NCBI GenBank assembly: GCA_029856105.1
Contig: JAHQWH010000193.1
Coordinates: 1-64,000, forward strand
DNA from: Promethearchaeia archaeon
GTDB taxonomy: Archaea > Asgardarchaeota > Lokiarchaeia > Sigyniarchaeales > SOKP01
Direction: 5' to 3'
DNA: 64,000 bases
The notes beneath the pieces were generated by a model. The model was not told the DNA's origin and ran no database searches. It saw only the letters and a list, made by a program, of their open reading frames with translations. Below, one piece after another: positions 1 through 10,329 of this stretch; positions within the stretch are counted from its first letter, which is position 1, and each line of letters opens with the position of its first letter. A program made the translations under genes and the position numbers.

Positions 1-700
1 CTGCAGTTTTTTTCAGCATCCTTCCATATCTCACAAGAATATCTTTTGCAGTATGTGAAGAGGTAATAGTCATAATAATCTTAATTAAATGAGATTTAAG
101 AAATTCATCTACGGCCCATTCTCCGGGGGCTATAACCAAATCTAATGCATCTAACCCAGGAAAATCCATATCTTTCATGGTTGAATAAGCTTCTAGCATG
201 GTTAAGGGGCATGCGGTAGATGGTTTAACAATCGCACTATTTCCTACTAAATAATTTGCGCCCATTTGATAAAGGGGGAGGCTAATAGGTGTGTTACGCG
301 GAGAAATACAAGCAGATAATCCATGTGGAATATATTTAATTGTTGCATTTTGTTCTCCTTCAATACCAGTTAACGGTTTGTCTTCTATAAACTGATAATA
401 CCAATCGCAAAATTTGAATCCTGTTAGAACAATTGATAATTCCCATTCACTATATTTGATTGGTAACCCACCTTCTGCCACAATCAAATCCTTTAATTGG
501 GCTTTTTTAAAGCGTAATTTTGTAGCTAATTTACCAAGAATTTGAGCTCGTTCAAAAAAATCCATTTCTCTTAGCAAATGTTGATTTTTATGAACTTTTT
601 TTATTTTTTCTCTAACCGTTTCTGGTGTGTCAGCAGGAACAGTTCCTATAATCTCGCCAGTGTATTTATTTTTTATTTCTAGTTCTTGAACTTTTGCCAT
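1..700 (-). CDS. Aldehyde dehydrogenase family protein (5' part; runs off the window edge)
   Basis: Not in the ORF track; translated by hand from ATG at 700: MAKVQELEIKNKYTGEIIGTVPADT...ERAQIL...LIVAEGGLP...ISPRNTP...GNSAIVKPS, which are typical ALDH N-terminal and cofactor-binding motifs. Confidence 0.85.
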   Translation of the reverse strand, partial: MAKVQELEIKNKYTGEIIGTVPADTPETVREKIKKVHKNQHLLREMDFFERAQILGKLATKLRFKKAQLKDLIVAEGGLPIKYSEWELSIVLTGFKFCDWYYQFIEDKPLTGIEGEQNATIKYIPHGLSACISPRNTPISLPLYQMGANYLVGNSAIVKPSTACPLTMLEAYSTMKDMDFPGLDALDLVIAPGEWAVDEFLKSHLIKIIMTITSSHTAKDILVRYGRMLKKTA

Positions 701-757
701 ATTTTTCAGTACCTTTCTAATTTTAATGATGTGTTTACAATTTATTCAAAAAGAGTT

Positions 758-1237
758 TTACATGCTATAAATATCGTCATCATCTTTGAGGACTCCAGCA
801 GTTTGAGCAAATTTACCATAACCCATGTCAATTAAGGCTTGCGTTCTTTTGTGCAAAACAAAATCAATCCATCCTTTTTCCTCGTCTGGCTCATTGCAAA
901 AATGTCCAAAAAGTTTTGTATATTCCAATTTTGTTTTTGTTTGGGTTAATTTTTCTATAGCCTTGCTCGAGAGCGCTAGTTCCAAATCAGAACTAACCGC
1001 ATTCCCCGGTTTTATTTCGATCCCATGCCCATTACGTAACACATTAAAAATATCTACGGGAGAATCATCGTCATATGCCTCAAATGAATCATAAATTGCA
1101 AAATCAAAGTTTGATCCATGAACTAAATCAGAAAAAATCTCGGAATATTTTAACAGAAATGTGGTGTATCTTTTCGCTATTTCAGTCTTATATTCATTCA
1201 AATCAGTAATTTGAGCTGATGCTTCTTTTTCAACCAT
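758..1237 (-). CDS. Hypothetical protein, weak resemblance to an SCP2/sterol-carrier-like fold
   Basis: 159-aa ORF with an SD-like GAGG upstream. The segment GIEIKPGNAVSSDLELAL is only loosely SCP2-like. Confidence 0.55.
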   Translation of the reverse strand: MVEKEASAQITDLNEYKTEIAKRYTTFLLKYSEIFSDLVHGSNFDFAIYDSFEAYDDDSPVDIFNVLRNGHGIEIKPGNAVSSDLELALSSKAIEKLTQTKTKLEYTKLFGHFCNEPDEEKGWIDFVLHKRTQALIDMGYGKFAQTAGVLKDDDDIYSM

Positions 1238-1255
1238 TTTTTTAAAACCTCATTC

Positions 1256-1402
1256 TTACAATTTTTCTTTTTCAATTGTTTTTGTTAAACCTTCGTCCGA
1301 AATTGGGAAGTGTCTAGGTTTTTTAGTTTCAACAATTTCGGCAATTAAATTGAGATAATCTCCAAATGCTATATTTTCTTCACCAATTACACTTGAATTC
1401 AT
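1256..1402 (-). pseudogene. 48-codon deleted relic of a tandem paralog of the upstream epimerase/dehydratase
   Basis: MNSSVIGEENIAFGDYLNLIAEIVETKKPRHFPISDEGLTKTIEKEKL matches two separate segments of the upstream protein (VLGGENIKIGDFLDLIAEIEGVKKPRHFP and PINEGLTRTV). Its start overlaps the upstream stop (ATGA). Confidence 0.75.
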
Positions 1403-2436
1403 TTAATCACCCTAATTCCAATTTTTTTTTTTTTTTTCCCATTAACATTTATAAAATCTTTGTACCATTTTACCGTCCTAGTTAATCCTTCATTTATAGG
1501 CGTTATTTTATATCCTAACTTTTCTATAGCAGATTCTGAAGAGAATGCCCAATTATAATCCATTCCAATTATCATATCGGGTGTAATATAAGGGACTCTC
1601 TTTTTTGAAAAAATAGTTTTAGATTTACATAATCTAGCATAGGTCACTCCGAGCCATTTTGGGAAATGTCTGGGTTTCTTAACTCCTTCTATCTCGGCAA
1701 TTAAATCAAGAAAATCTCCAATTTTTATATTCTCTCCCCCTAAAACGAATCCTTGACTATATAAATCGTTTCTACCAATAACACTGACCATTCCATTTAT
1801 TACATCATCTAAATAACACATGCAAAAAACAGCTTCTCCTTTTCCAGGAAGGCCTAAGAACTGCCCAGCAACTATGTCAAAAACCATTTCTCCATAAATG
1901 TTGAAGTCACCCGGACCATAAACAAAACCAGGATAAAATAATACTGATTTAAGTCCTTTTTCAATGTATTCCTTTATTTTCTCACATCCAAGATATTTTG
2001 TTTTCTCATATTTATTTATGAAAAAATCTACATGTTGAAAGTTTTCATTCGTTGGTTCAGCGCTATTAACTGGATTTGGTCCGAGTGCTCCAAAAGAGCT
2101 CATATACATAAGAGGAACATTATTATCTAATGCTACTTTAGCGATATTTTCAGCACCTAGAACATTAATGTTATAATAAGAAGCCTTATCTTTTGCCCAA
2201 ACCTTTACATAGCCAGCTAAATGGTATATAATATCAATATTATCTACAGCCTTTTCCAAGCTATTGATATCTTGAACATCACCAGTAATATATCCAATAT
2301 TACTAAGTTCTTTGAAAGGGGCTGTGTTACTATTCTCCCGTACTAAAAGTTTTAAGTTATGTCCTAGTTGATGCAGTTTTTTAACTAAAGGAATGCCAAT
2401 AAATCCCGTACCGCCAGTCACTAATATATTAGCCAT
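1399..2436 (-). CDS. NAD-dependent epimerase/dehydratase (extended SDR, HpnA/DFR-like)
   Basis: ILVTGGTGFIG Rossmann motif, HLAG, NVLG and YEKTK (YxxxK). Start placed at MANILV (2436). Confidence 0.9.
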   Translation of the reverse strand: MANILVTGGTGFIGIPLVKKLHQLGHNLKLLVRENSNTAPFKELSNIGYITGDVQDINSLEKAVDNIDIIYHLAGYVKVWAKDKASYYNINVLGAENIAKVALDNNVPLMYMSSFGALGPNPVNSAEPTNENFQHVDFFINKYEKTKYLGCEKIKEYIEKGLKSVLFYPGFVYGPGDFNIYGEMVFDIVAGQFLGLPGKGEAVFCMCYLDDVINGMVSVIGRNDLYSQGFVLGGENIKIGDFLDLIAEIEGVKKPRHFPKWLGVTYARLCKSKTIFSKKRVPYITPDMIIGMDYNWAFSSESAIEKLGYKITPINEGLTRTVKWYKDFINVNGKKKKKIGIRVIK

Positions 2437-2656
2437 CGCAAAAAGATAAGTAATTTTATTCAAATTTTGAATATTTAAAATCATTAAAATTGGTTTTTAA
2501 AGCTTCTCAAATCTTAAGGGTTTGTCACTCTTAAGAGTATGGAAAATAGGAGAATTAGAATTTTTCATTTTAAATAATTTACTTCTTTTTTAGCTTAAAT
2601 TTTAATTTAAAAATGTAATAATAAAATTAGTGGTTTAAATAAAATTCTTAGTTAAT

Positions 2657-3220
2657 TTGTCAAATTTTAATAGGTTAAAGAAGAATAGAGGGAATTTTCT
2701 ATCACAACTTCAATTACCTTATTCAGAAACCCCCCATAATCTGTTGGAAGAAATATTTCATATTCTTCAAGTTAAATTTGGTTTAACGAGAAACTCTAAC
2801 CAAAAATTTGTAGATTTGGGGGCGGGGAATGGTCAAATAATCCTCTATTCTGCTTTAAATTACGGAATAAAGTCATTTGGTATTGAAATTAATGGGAATT
2901 TAATAACTGAAGCAAAATCAAAAATAAAAATGCTAAAAAGAGAAAAGAAATATAAGAAAAAGTTATTTCGCAAAATTAAATTAATAACTAAAGACTTTTT
3001 TAACATTTCTCTAAAAAATTATGACTTTATATATATTTTTTCCTTGCCTACAATGCAAAAATTATTACATCACGTTTTTTTAACAGCAAAAACAGGAGCA
3101 ATCGTTATATCTTTTAAATACCCATTGAATAATTTTGAGAAGATTCTGAAATTGTCGTATAAATTAGAGATAAAGGATGTTCAGCAAGATATTGAAGTAT
3201 ATTATTACTTTAAATTATAA
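2657..3220 (+). CDS. Class I SAM-dependent methyltransferase (DOT1/FAM173-like)
   Basis: FVDLGAGNG motif I, GIEIN, KDFF and YDFIYIF. Confidence 0.8.
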   Translation: MSNFNRLKKNRGNFLSQLQLPYSETPHNLLEEIFHILQVKFGLTRNSNQKFVDLGAGNGQIILYSALNYGIKSFGIEINGNLITEAKSKIKMLKREKKYKKKLFRKIKLITKDFFNISLKNYDFIYIFSLPTMQKLLHHVFLTAKTGAIVISFKYPLNNFEKILKLSYKLEIKDVQQDIEVYYYFKL

Positions 3221-3313
3221 AAAATTAATCAATATTAATTTATCTCTGCTTAAATTCTAATTAAGATTGTTAAATCGTAATATTCTGATATTACCTTGGT
3301 ATGTAAGGAATCC

Positions 3314-3337
3314 CGTGAAATGAGTGTTTCACGATCT
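3314..3337. repeat. Palindromic element copy 1 (CGTGAAA-N6-TTTCACG)
   Basis: The reverse complement AGATCGTGAAACACTCATTTCACG matches 49914-49937 at 20/24 positions. It lies between convergent genes. Confidence 0.65.
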
Positions 3338-3388
3338 GAAATAATAAAAAATCTTTATCTCTTTAAAAAAAGTATAAAATTTAGAAGA

Positions 3389-4264
3389 TTATATACCATT
3401 CCACGATATTACATATTTTAATTCTTCGGGTTTCTCAATATTTGGCTCTGAAAACGCCCATTTTCCACCTATTCCGGCTTCTTTCGCACTTAGATCAAAG
3501 TGACATACAGCAATCCCAATATCGAGACGCACAAATTTGTTATAAATCAAACCTTTCTTATCTTTTGAGAACTTTACGTAAAAATGAAAATTATCAGCGT
3601 CCAGTTCTTTTATTATTCTCCATGGTTGTTTATTACCCGCAGATGGACCAAGACGAATCATTTCTAGTAAAGTTGCGTATTTGCCAATATTTTCTTGAGA
3701 AAGAGTAGTAGAAAAATCTCGTTCAAAAAAAAGTTGATCCCATGGATACCTCGCGTTAGCTTTTACGAACGAACGAATTATTTTTTCTTTTGCTCTTCTA
3801 GTTTCTGCGGGGTATCCTACAGGTGTAATTGCGGGTACAACTTCGTTAAGTTCACATTCGATTTTTTTAGAAAAAAGACTTCGATTAAAAAAACCTCCTA
3901 ACCAACACGTGCCTAAATTCATATCAGTTGCAGACAAAATAATAACTTCTAAAAGATAGCCATAATTTTCCCGGTCATACTGATCATAATCAGATTTTTC
4001 AACTGCTCCAACAATAAATTCTTGGGCACCCTTTATTAAACCATAGGTTCCCAATTTTTTCTTTTCATCCGGGTCAAATTCTGGCATACCTATTAAATCA
4101 AATCGACATTTTCCAGCAATCTCACTAAACGGACTTTTAAAATTACGCAATTTTAAAATTTCATAGAGCTTTTCCTTTACTTGATCTTCAAGTAACCGTT
4201 TAGAATAAGTCCTCCAAGAAGTTCGCTGCTTTATAATATCAAATATTGATTTAGAAAATACCAT
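3389..4264 (-). CDS. Nitroreductase family protein (two-domain)
   Basis: RTSWRTY, LGTCWLGG, PSAGNKQPW and DIGIAVCHF motifs. Confidence 0.9.
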   Translation of the reverse strand: MVFSKSIFDIIKQRTSWRTYSKRLLEDQVKEKLYEILKLRNFKSPFSEIAGKCRFDLIGMPEFDPDEKKKLGTYGLIKGAQEFIVGAVEKSDYDQYDRENYGYLLEVIILSATDMNLGTCWLGGFFNRSLFSKKIECELNEVVPAITPVGYPAETRRAKEKIIRSFVKANARYPWDQLFFERDFSTTLSQENIGKYATLLEMIRLGPSAGNKQPWRIIKELDADNFHFYVKFSKDKKGLIYNKFVRLDIGIAVCHFDLSAKEAGIGGKWAFSEPNIEKPEELKYVISWNGI

Positions 4265-4607
4265 AACATTTCATAATCATTAACATTATATATAATCATA
4301 AGAAAAATTAGGAAAGAAAAAGAAAAAGAAAAAATCACTATATTGAAAAATGCTGAATTACGCAAATAACTTATCTAAAGCGCACAAAGACAAGATTATC
4401 AACTAAAAATGTGATGGAATATTGACCGTAGGCATCGAGTTAAGGCTTTTAAACCGCTATATTGAATAAACAAAAACTATGTAGAATCAACAAATTTAAA
4501 TATCATATTTTCTTTTAAATTATTAATTAAATTAAATCTAGCTTAACTTTTTCGCGATTGCTAAGGATAGGCTTAATTTTTAAAAATAAAAAACATTCAA
4601 GCTAAAA

Positions 4608-6194
4608 ATGAAGATCTTATATGTAAATCCAGCTCGGTTACAGTCGGGGTTGGATGCAATAATTACGGGTTCTCCCTTAAGTTTAATCTCAATAGCTGCT
4701 ATGGTACCAGAGCACGATGCAAAATTATTTGATTTTAAGGTAGATAAATATCGTGAAAAGCAATTTCGTAGCGAACTAAACCAATACGATGTGGTAGCTA
4801 TTACAAGTATGACACCTCAAATTTACTCTGCATTGGAGGTTGCAAAAATGGCTAAAGAACACGGATGTACCACAATTATAGGGGGATATCATCCTACACT
4901 AGTACCTGAATTCGTAGCAAAGCACGATTATGTAGATTTTACCGTCCGTGGTGAAGGAGAACATACCTTTAAAGAGATTATTGATTATATCGATGGCAAC
5001 AAAAACAATGTTTCGATAAAAGAAATTGACGGAATATCGTACTTGAATAAAGACGGTAAAATAATCCACAATAATGAGCGACAGTTGGAATGTAATTTAG
5101 ATAATTTTCCGTTGCCTCGTAGAGATCTTTTAAAAGGAAAACTTTACACTTATTTAGGAACAACAACTCAACAAGTTGAAACTTCTCGAGGTTGTCCACA
5201 CAATTGCAAGTTTTGTTGCATAATTAAGATGTGGCGAAATTCGAATCAAAATATTACTTACAGAACTAAATCAATTACACGAATTATGCAAGAGATTTAC
5301 GATGTAGATTGGAAAAACGATTTTATATTCTTTTGCGAAGATAATTTTACCATAAACGCAAAACGAACGCATAAAATTTTAGATACAATTATTAAGTCGG
5401 GTGTCCCAAATAAGATGCACTTTTCCTGCCAATCTCGGGTTGATACTTTGTATAGAAACCCTATATTAATCGAAAAACTTTATAAAGCTGGATTTAAGCA
5501 AGTATTTCTAGGTATTGAATCAGTACATCAACAAAGTTTAGATGCTATGAATAAGAGAAACACAACGCCCGCTATGGTTCAAAAAGTGGTAAAAAGTCTA
5601 CGAGATAAAGGCATATCCATCTTTGGAGGTGTTATTATTGGCTTCCCGGGCGAAACAAAACGGATGGTTCGGCAAAATATCCAGTATGCGATTGATTTAG
5701 ATTTAGATGTTGTTCAGTTTACACCGATTACCGCTTTTCCTGGAACCGATTTTTACACCGAAGTAAAAGAAAAGGGCATGGTAACTGCTCATAATTACAA
5801 GTTTTACGATTTGTTTCATCCAATGATGAGAACTGAAGAATTGTCGTCTAAAGATTTTCTTCAATTAGTTGCTGAAGGTTACGCTGCTTTCTACTTAAGA
5901 GACTGGATTATCAGAAGAGCAAAAGAGTATATGAATCCGTTTGGAAAATTTAATTGGATGCTTTCATGTATGCATAGATTAATCAAACAAGGTGTTTTAG
6001 GTGGATTGGGCATGTTATACACCCAAGGAATTACAGGTAAAGTTATATCTGACGAATTAAAAGACCCTGAGGAATTAATGAAGGGTATTTATCTTTCCAG
6101 CGAAAATCACATCATAAAAGTGACACAAGAAAATAATAAACCCAAAATTTTAACACACGATAAAACTATAGAAGCAATAAGTGAACAAACTTAA
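4608..6194 (+). CDS. Cobalamin-binding radical SAM protein
   Basis: N-terminal B12-binding domain (GGYHPT, GEGE), SRGCPHNCKFC (CxxxCxxC), GIES and IIGFPGET. Confidence 0.92.
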   Translation: MKILYVNPARLQSGLDAIITGSPLSLISIAAMVPEHDAKLFDFKVDKYREKQFRSELNQYDVVAITSMTPQIYSALEVAKMAKEHGCTTIIGGYHPTLVPEFVAKHDYVDFTVRGEGEHTFKEIIDYIDGNKNNVSIKEIDGISYLNKDGKIIHNNERQLECNLDNFPLPRRDLLKGKLYTYLGTTTQQVETSRGCPHNCKFCCIIKMWRNSNQNITYRTKSITRIMQEIYDVDWKNDFIFFCEDNFTINAKRTHKILDTIIKSGVPNKMHFSCQSRVDTLYRNPILIEKLYKAGFKQVFLGIESVHQQSLDAMNKRNTTPAMVQKVVKSLRDKGISIFGGVIIGFPGETKRMVRQNIQYAIDLDLDVVQFTPITAFPGTDFYTEVKEKGMVTAHNYKFYDLFHPMMRTEELSSKDFLQLVAEGYAAFYLRDWIIRRAKEYMNPFGKFNWMLSCMHRLIKQGVLGGLGMLYTQGITGKVISDELKDPEELMKGIYLSSENHIIKVTQENNKPKILTHDKTIEAISEQT

Positions 6195-6290
6195 TTTCTT
6201 TGATAATATCGGAAATATTCTTGTTTTATAGATTAATTTTATTCAAAATCTTTTTTTAGATTCGTTTATTTATTCAAATGATTATTTATC

Positions 6291-7301
6291 ATGGAAGAAG
6301 TGATTCCCGGTATATTTTTGATTAAAGAAAAAAGTGGTTTCGAGCGAATTAAGCCTTCAGAAAACATTTACATTATAGCAGGTCCTGATGGATTAATCTT
6401 TGATGCTGGTTTTGGCAATAAAAAGGTTATTAAATTCCTTATTAAAGAAATTAACAAAATAGAACAGAAATATAGAGATAACAACAAAGATTTTAAAATA
6501 ACGCAAATCCTTGTGTCTCATGGCCATCCTGATCATTTTGCAGGGTTAAAAAGGATAAAAAATTCACTTGGAGTTAAAATTATTTTAACAGAGAAAACAG
6601 CTGATATTATAAAAAACAAAAAAAGTTTTATGAAATCGTTTAACTCAGATAGTTATGAGGATTATCTAATCATACAAAAAGGGTTTCGGTATAGAATAAG
6701 GAGCTTCTTAGAAAAACTTATGTTTAGCTTTTTTTTTAAAAGAATATATGGTCTTTCTTTTATCGCCAAACCTGATGAAATTATTAAAGACAATACTGAA
6801 ATTTCAATAAACGGTGAGACTTGGAAGGTGTTTCCATCGCCTGGACATGCAATAGACCATATTTCTTTGTACAACGAAGAAAAGGGAGTTCTACTTTCTG
6901 GAGATAATGTTTTATCAAAGACTACTTGGCTTGGCCCTCCAAATTGCAACATAGGCGATTATATTGAATCTATTGAGACGATTCAGAAATTACCAAACCT
7001 TAAAATTATATTAGCCGCTCATGGAGCCCTTATAAATAACCCAAGAGAGCGAACTATTGAGATATTGGAACATAGAAAAGAGCGGACCCAGCAAGTATTA
7101 GATATTGTTAAAGAATTTACTGAAAATGGGACATCTCCCGATGAGATCATTCAAAAATTGTATTCAAATAAAAAGAAAATGCGAACCGAAATCGCTCGTG
7201 GATGGGTGTGCCTAACGCTAAAGATGCTCGAAGAACAAAATGTTATAAAACGAATTGAAGGTAAGAAAGAGATAAAGTTTTACACACCAAATAAATTATA
7301 A
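6291..7301 (+). CDS. Metallo-beta-lactamase fold hydrolase with C-terminal winged helix
   Basis: SHGHPDHFAG, PGHAIDH, LSGD and AAHG motifs. Confidence 0.9.
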   Translation: MEEVIPGIFLIKEKSGFERIKPSENIYIIAGPDGLIFDAGFGNKKVIKFLIKEINKIEQKYRDNNKDFKITQILVSHGHPDHFAGLKRIKNSLGVKIILTEKTADIIKNKKSFMKSFNSDSYEDYLIIQKGFRYRIRSFLEKLMFSFFFKRIYGLSFIAKPDEIIKDNTEISINGETWKVFPSPGHAIDHISLYNEEKGVLLSGDNVLSKTTWLGPPNCNIGDYIESIETIQKLPNLKIILAAHGALINNPRERTIEILEHRKERTQQVLDIVKEFTENGTSPDEIIQKLYSNKKKMRTEIARGWVCLTLKMLEEQNVIKRIEGKKEIKFYTPNKL

Positions 7302-7361
7302 TTTACTGGCTAAACTATTATTATCTTAAATATTGAAAATATCAATTTAATTTTTTTATAG

Positions 7362-8744
7362 GTGAAAAATCTGAAAATTACTATGATTGGAGCGGGAAGT
7401 ATCGTATTTGGGCACAATATCCTCACAGACATCCTCGCACATCCTGCTCTAAGAGAAGATACTCTAATTTGTCTAGAGGACATCGATCCGACTCGTTTAG
7501 ATTTAATGTATAAATTAATGCTAAAGTATAAGGAATCAAATCCAGAACAGTTGGAGGGCGTATCGTTTGAGAAGACAACTGATCTAAGAAAAGCTATCAC
7601 TAACGCCAAATACTTAATCAGTGCTATTCATGTGGGTGGCCTAAATGCTTTTAAGCTCGATATAGAAATCCCATTTAAGTATGGTGTTACTCAGTGTGTA
7701 GGGGATACTCTTGGTCCAGGAGGTATATTTCGATTTTTACGCCAATCCACAGCACTTAAGAAAATAGTTGAATTAATCAAAGATGTTGGATATAATTCTG
7801 AATTAAAACCCTTATTACTTAACTACGCTAATCCAATGGCAATGAATACCTGGTACTCTAATTTCATTTATCCCGATTCAACTGTAGGACTATGTCATGG
7901 CGTGCAAGGAACAGCAGCTCTATTACGGCATTGGATAGGTGTAAAACGGGAAGATTTCAGTTATTTATGTGCGGGAATCAACCATATGGCTTGGTTCTTA
8001 AATGCATGGTATAAAAACCCTACTGATCCAAATAAAACTTGGAAAAACATATATCCGTTATTATATAACGCCTATAAAAAGAATCCTGAATTAGCTGGAA
8101 GTGAAAAACTCCGTTGGGATATGATGGAAGCTACGGGATATTTTATGACTGAATCCTCGGGGCATCTAAGTGAATATTTGCCATATTACAGAAAAAGGAA
8201 AGTTTTACTCGAACAATATAAAGGTGCTGAAATTTTCCATAACAGCCTGATACACGGAGAGGTATTAAGATTTGATATTATTGAAGCGGACAAAATAGAA
8301 AAACGCCTAAATAGACGAATTGAACGAAAAAGACTTAAATTAAAAAAAACCCCTACCGATGAATACGCTTCACACATTATTAACGCAATAGAAACGAATA
8401 AACCTTTCAGGTTTAATGGTAATGTAATTAACAAAGAAGGCGGTTTGATAACAAATTTACCAAAAGATTGTTGTGTCGAGGTACCTGTATTTGCTGATTA
8501 TCAAGGATTACATCCACAAGGGGGAATAAAATTGCCTACGATCTGTCAAGCACTGTGTATATCAAACGTAATGGTCCAAAAAGCGGCAGTTGAAGGCGCT
8601 CTTGAATTAGATCGAGAAAAAATTTATCACGCAGTATTACTCGATCCTAATACAGCAAGCGTGTGTTCTCCAAAAGAAATTAGAGAAATGGTAGATGATA
8701 TGTTTGACGCCGAAAAAAAATGGCTCCCTCAGTTTGAAAGTTAA
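7362..8744 (+). CDS. melA: Glycoside hydrolase family 4 alpha-galactosidase/glucosidase
   Basis: IGAGS, GDTLGPGG, NYANPMAMN, GLCHGVQ, GINHMAW and TESSGHLSEY GH4 motifs. Confidence 0.85.
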   Translation: MKNLKITMIGAGSIVFGHNILTDILAHPALREDTLICLEDIDPTRLDLMYKLMLKYKESNPEQLEGVSFEKTTDLRKAITNAKYLISAIHVGGLNAFKLDIEIPFKYGVTQCVGDTLGPGGIFRFLRQSTALKKIVELIKDVGYNSELKPLLLNYANPMAMNTWYSNFIYPDSTVGLCHGVQGTAALLRHWIGVKREDFSYLCAGINHMAWFLNAWYKNPTDPNKTWKNIYPLLYNAYKKNPELAGSEKLRWDMMEATGYFMTESSGHLSEYLPYYRKRKVLLEQYKGAEIFHNSLIHGEVLRFDIIEADKIEKRLNRRIERKRLKLKKTPTDEYASHIINAIETNKPFRFNGNVINKEGGLITNLPKDCCVEVPVFADYQGLHPQGGIKLPTICQALCISNVMVQKAAVEGALELDREKIYHAVLLDPNTASVCSPKEIREMVDDMFDAEKKWLPQFES

Positions 8745-8780
8745 AAAAAATAAAATAAAATAGTTAGAAAAAGTTTCTTT

Positions 8781-10199
8781 TTAAATTTTGCCTTCCCGTT
8801 TTAGACCCTCTAAATACGCTTTTTCTTTTTCCGCGTGAATTCTTTGTAACTCCATTTTCTGTTCTTTCCATTTAGGACCGCTTAAAGGGAAAAATTTTAT
8901 AACAAGAGCAGCGAGTAAAATAAGCACCGCTGGGATAATTGTAAAGCCAATCATTATCCCTAATTGGGCGTCTGGTGTTTGAGTCGCTGCTTCGTTATCA
9001 AATCCAAAAATCGCGATTATTGTCAAGAAAAGCCAAGGGGCAATTGATACTGCAGGCTTAGTTAATAACGCGTTGACCCCAGAATAACTCGTTTCGCGAC
9101 GTTTTTTCGTGCGTATCTCGTCGTAATCAATAACATCAGCCATCATTAATTGTCCAGTCATGAAATATCCCGAAAAACCAATTCCTAAAAGAACCATTCC
9201 AAGTATTGCAGAAATAAAATTCCATCCTATAAAGAAGAACACTATGAAACTTAACCCCGTCATTAACAGCATTAAAAAGTATACTTTTTTTAATTCGTAC
9301 TTTCCTAAAATTTTGTTGTAAACGACAGTGAACGCAAAAATAACGACGAAAAATATAAGTAATGGCAACATCGATAATACTCCCTCAACCATTAAAACGA
9401 AACCTATGTAATAAAACACAGAAGTCGTAAGAATGTATTGTGCAATCGTGAAGCAGAAATTTGAGGCTTCAAAAATTAAAAACGATTTGTTCTTAAAAGT
9501 TTCAATCAAGCCAGTCCAATATCCTAACGGTTCCTCAAGTTGCGTATATTTATTTTCCTTTAGGAAATAACTACTAATAAACAAAATAATACCACAGGCT
9601 ATACCAATAATTACCATAGCTGTTAAGAAAACATCAACAGGTGGTGAAGATTCGCCCGTTAACAATAGAGTAGGTAGTAAAAAAGTGATTAGAAGCCCTA
9701 AACCGCTAAAAATTGAGCTGAAAATCATTATTCCTGCTCGAGCTTTAGACGATATTGCCATTTCTGCCGGTAACGAATATGTGATAAGGCCAATTATCGT
9801 ATAAATGGTATCAAAAGCAAAAAGAATAATTAAAAAGTTGAAAAAAAGTGCTACTTCGTTGTTTATGTCAACAAGCGGGAACCAACAAAACATAAACAAT
9901 ATTGCATAAACTGGCGCCCCAAATCGAATGTAAGGGATTCTACGGCCATATTTCTTTGATTTAGTACGGTCTTCCAAGAATCCAAATAATGGGTCGTTAA
10001 TTGCGTTCCATACGATAAAAATCATCCATGCCAAACCCAGTAAAGATCCACTTAAACCTAATGTTATATTGTAATAGAATGTGATTGGTCCTAAACCTAA
10101 ACCTGAAAGTATTCCGTTGGCGAAAACTGCTCCTCCATATGCAAATTTGGAGCGCGTTGGTACTTTTTCCTCAAATAATGTGTTTTTTTGTTCAATCAT
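8781..10199 (-). CDS. MFS transporter, glycoside-pentoside-hexuronide (MelB-like) family
   Basis: WNAINDPLFG, GRRIPY and ADVIDYDE...RRE motifs with about 12 TM segments. Convergent with the GH4 gene. Confidence 0.9.
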   Translation of the reverse strand: MIEQKNTLFEEKVPTRSKFAYGGAVFANGILSGLGLGPITFYYNITLGLSGSLLGLAWMIFIVWNAINDPLFGFLEDRTKSKKYGRRIPYIRFGAPVYAILFMFCWFPLVDINNEVALFFNFLIILFAFDTIYTIIGLITYSLPAEMAISSKARAGIMIFSSIFSGLGLLITFLLPTLLLTGESSPPVDVFLTAMVIIGIACGIILFISSYFLKENKYTQLEEPLGYWTGLIETFKNKSFLIFEASNFCFTIAQYILTTSVFYYIGFVLMVEGVLSMLPLLIFFVVIFAFTVVYNKILGKYELKKVYFLMLLMTGLSFIVFFFIGWNFISAILGMVLLGIGFSGYFMTGQLMMADVIDYDEIRTKKRRETSYSGVNALLTKPAVSIAPWLFLTIIAIFGFDNEAATQTPDAQLGIMIGFTIIPAVLILLAALVIKFFPLSGPKWKEQKMELQRIHAEKEKAYLEGLKREGKI

Positions 10200-10329
10200 A
10201 CTAATCTCACATATAATTTTTAAAATAGAAAAAAAATATTATTTAATTCTTTACTTGATGTTATAAAAATCTATCAGAAATCTTAACCCTCTTTGAATTA
10301 AAAAGGTTTAATTTCAAATTTTCTGTATA

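Noticed and set aside
2512-2538. Palindrome ACTCTTAAGAGT and a nearby TCTTAAG between divergent genes
   Set aside because: Single occurrence with an AT-rich core; cannot be distinguished from chance.
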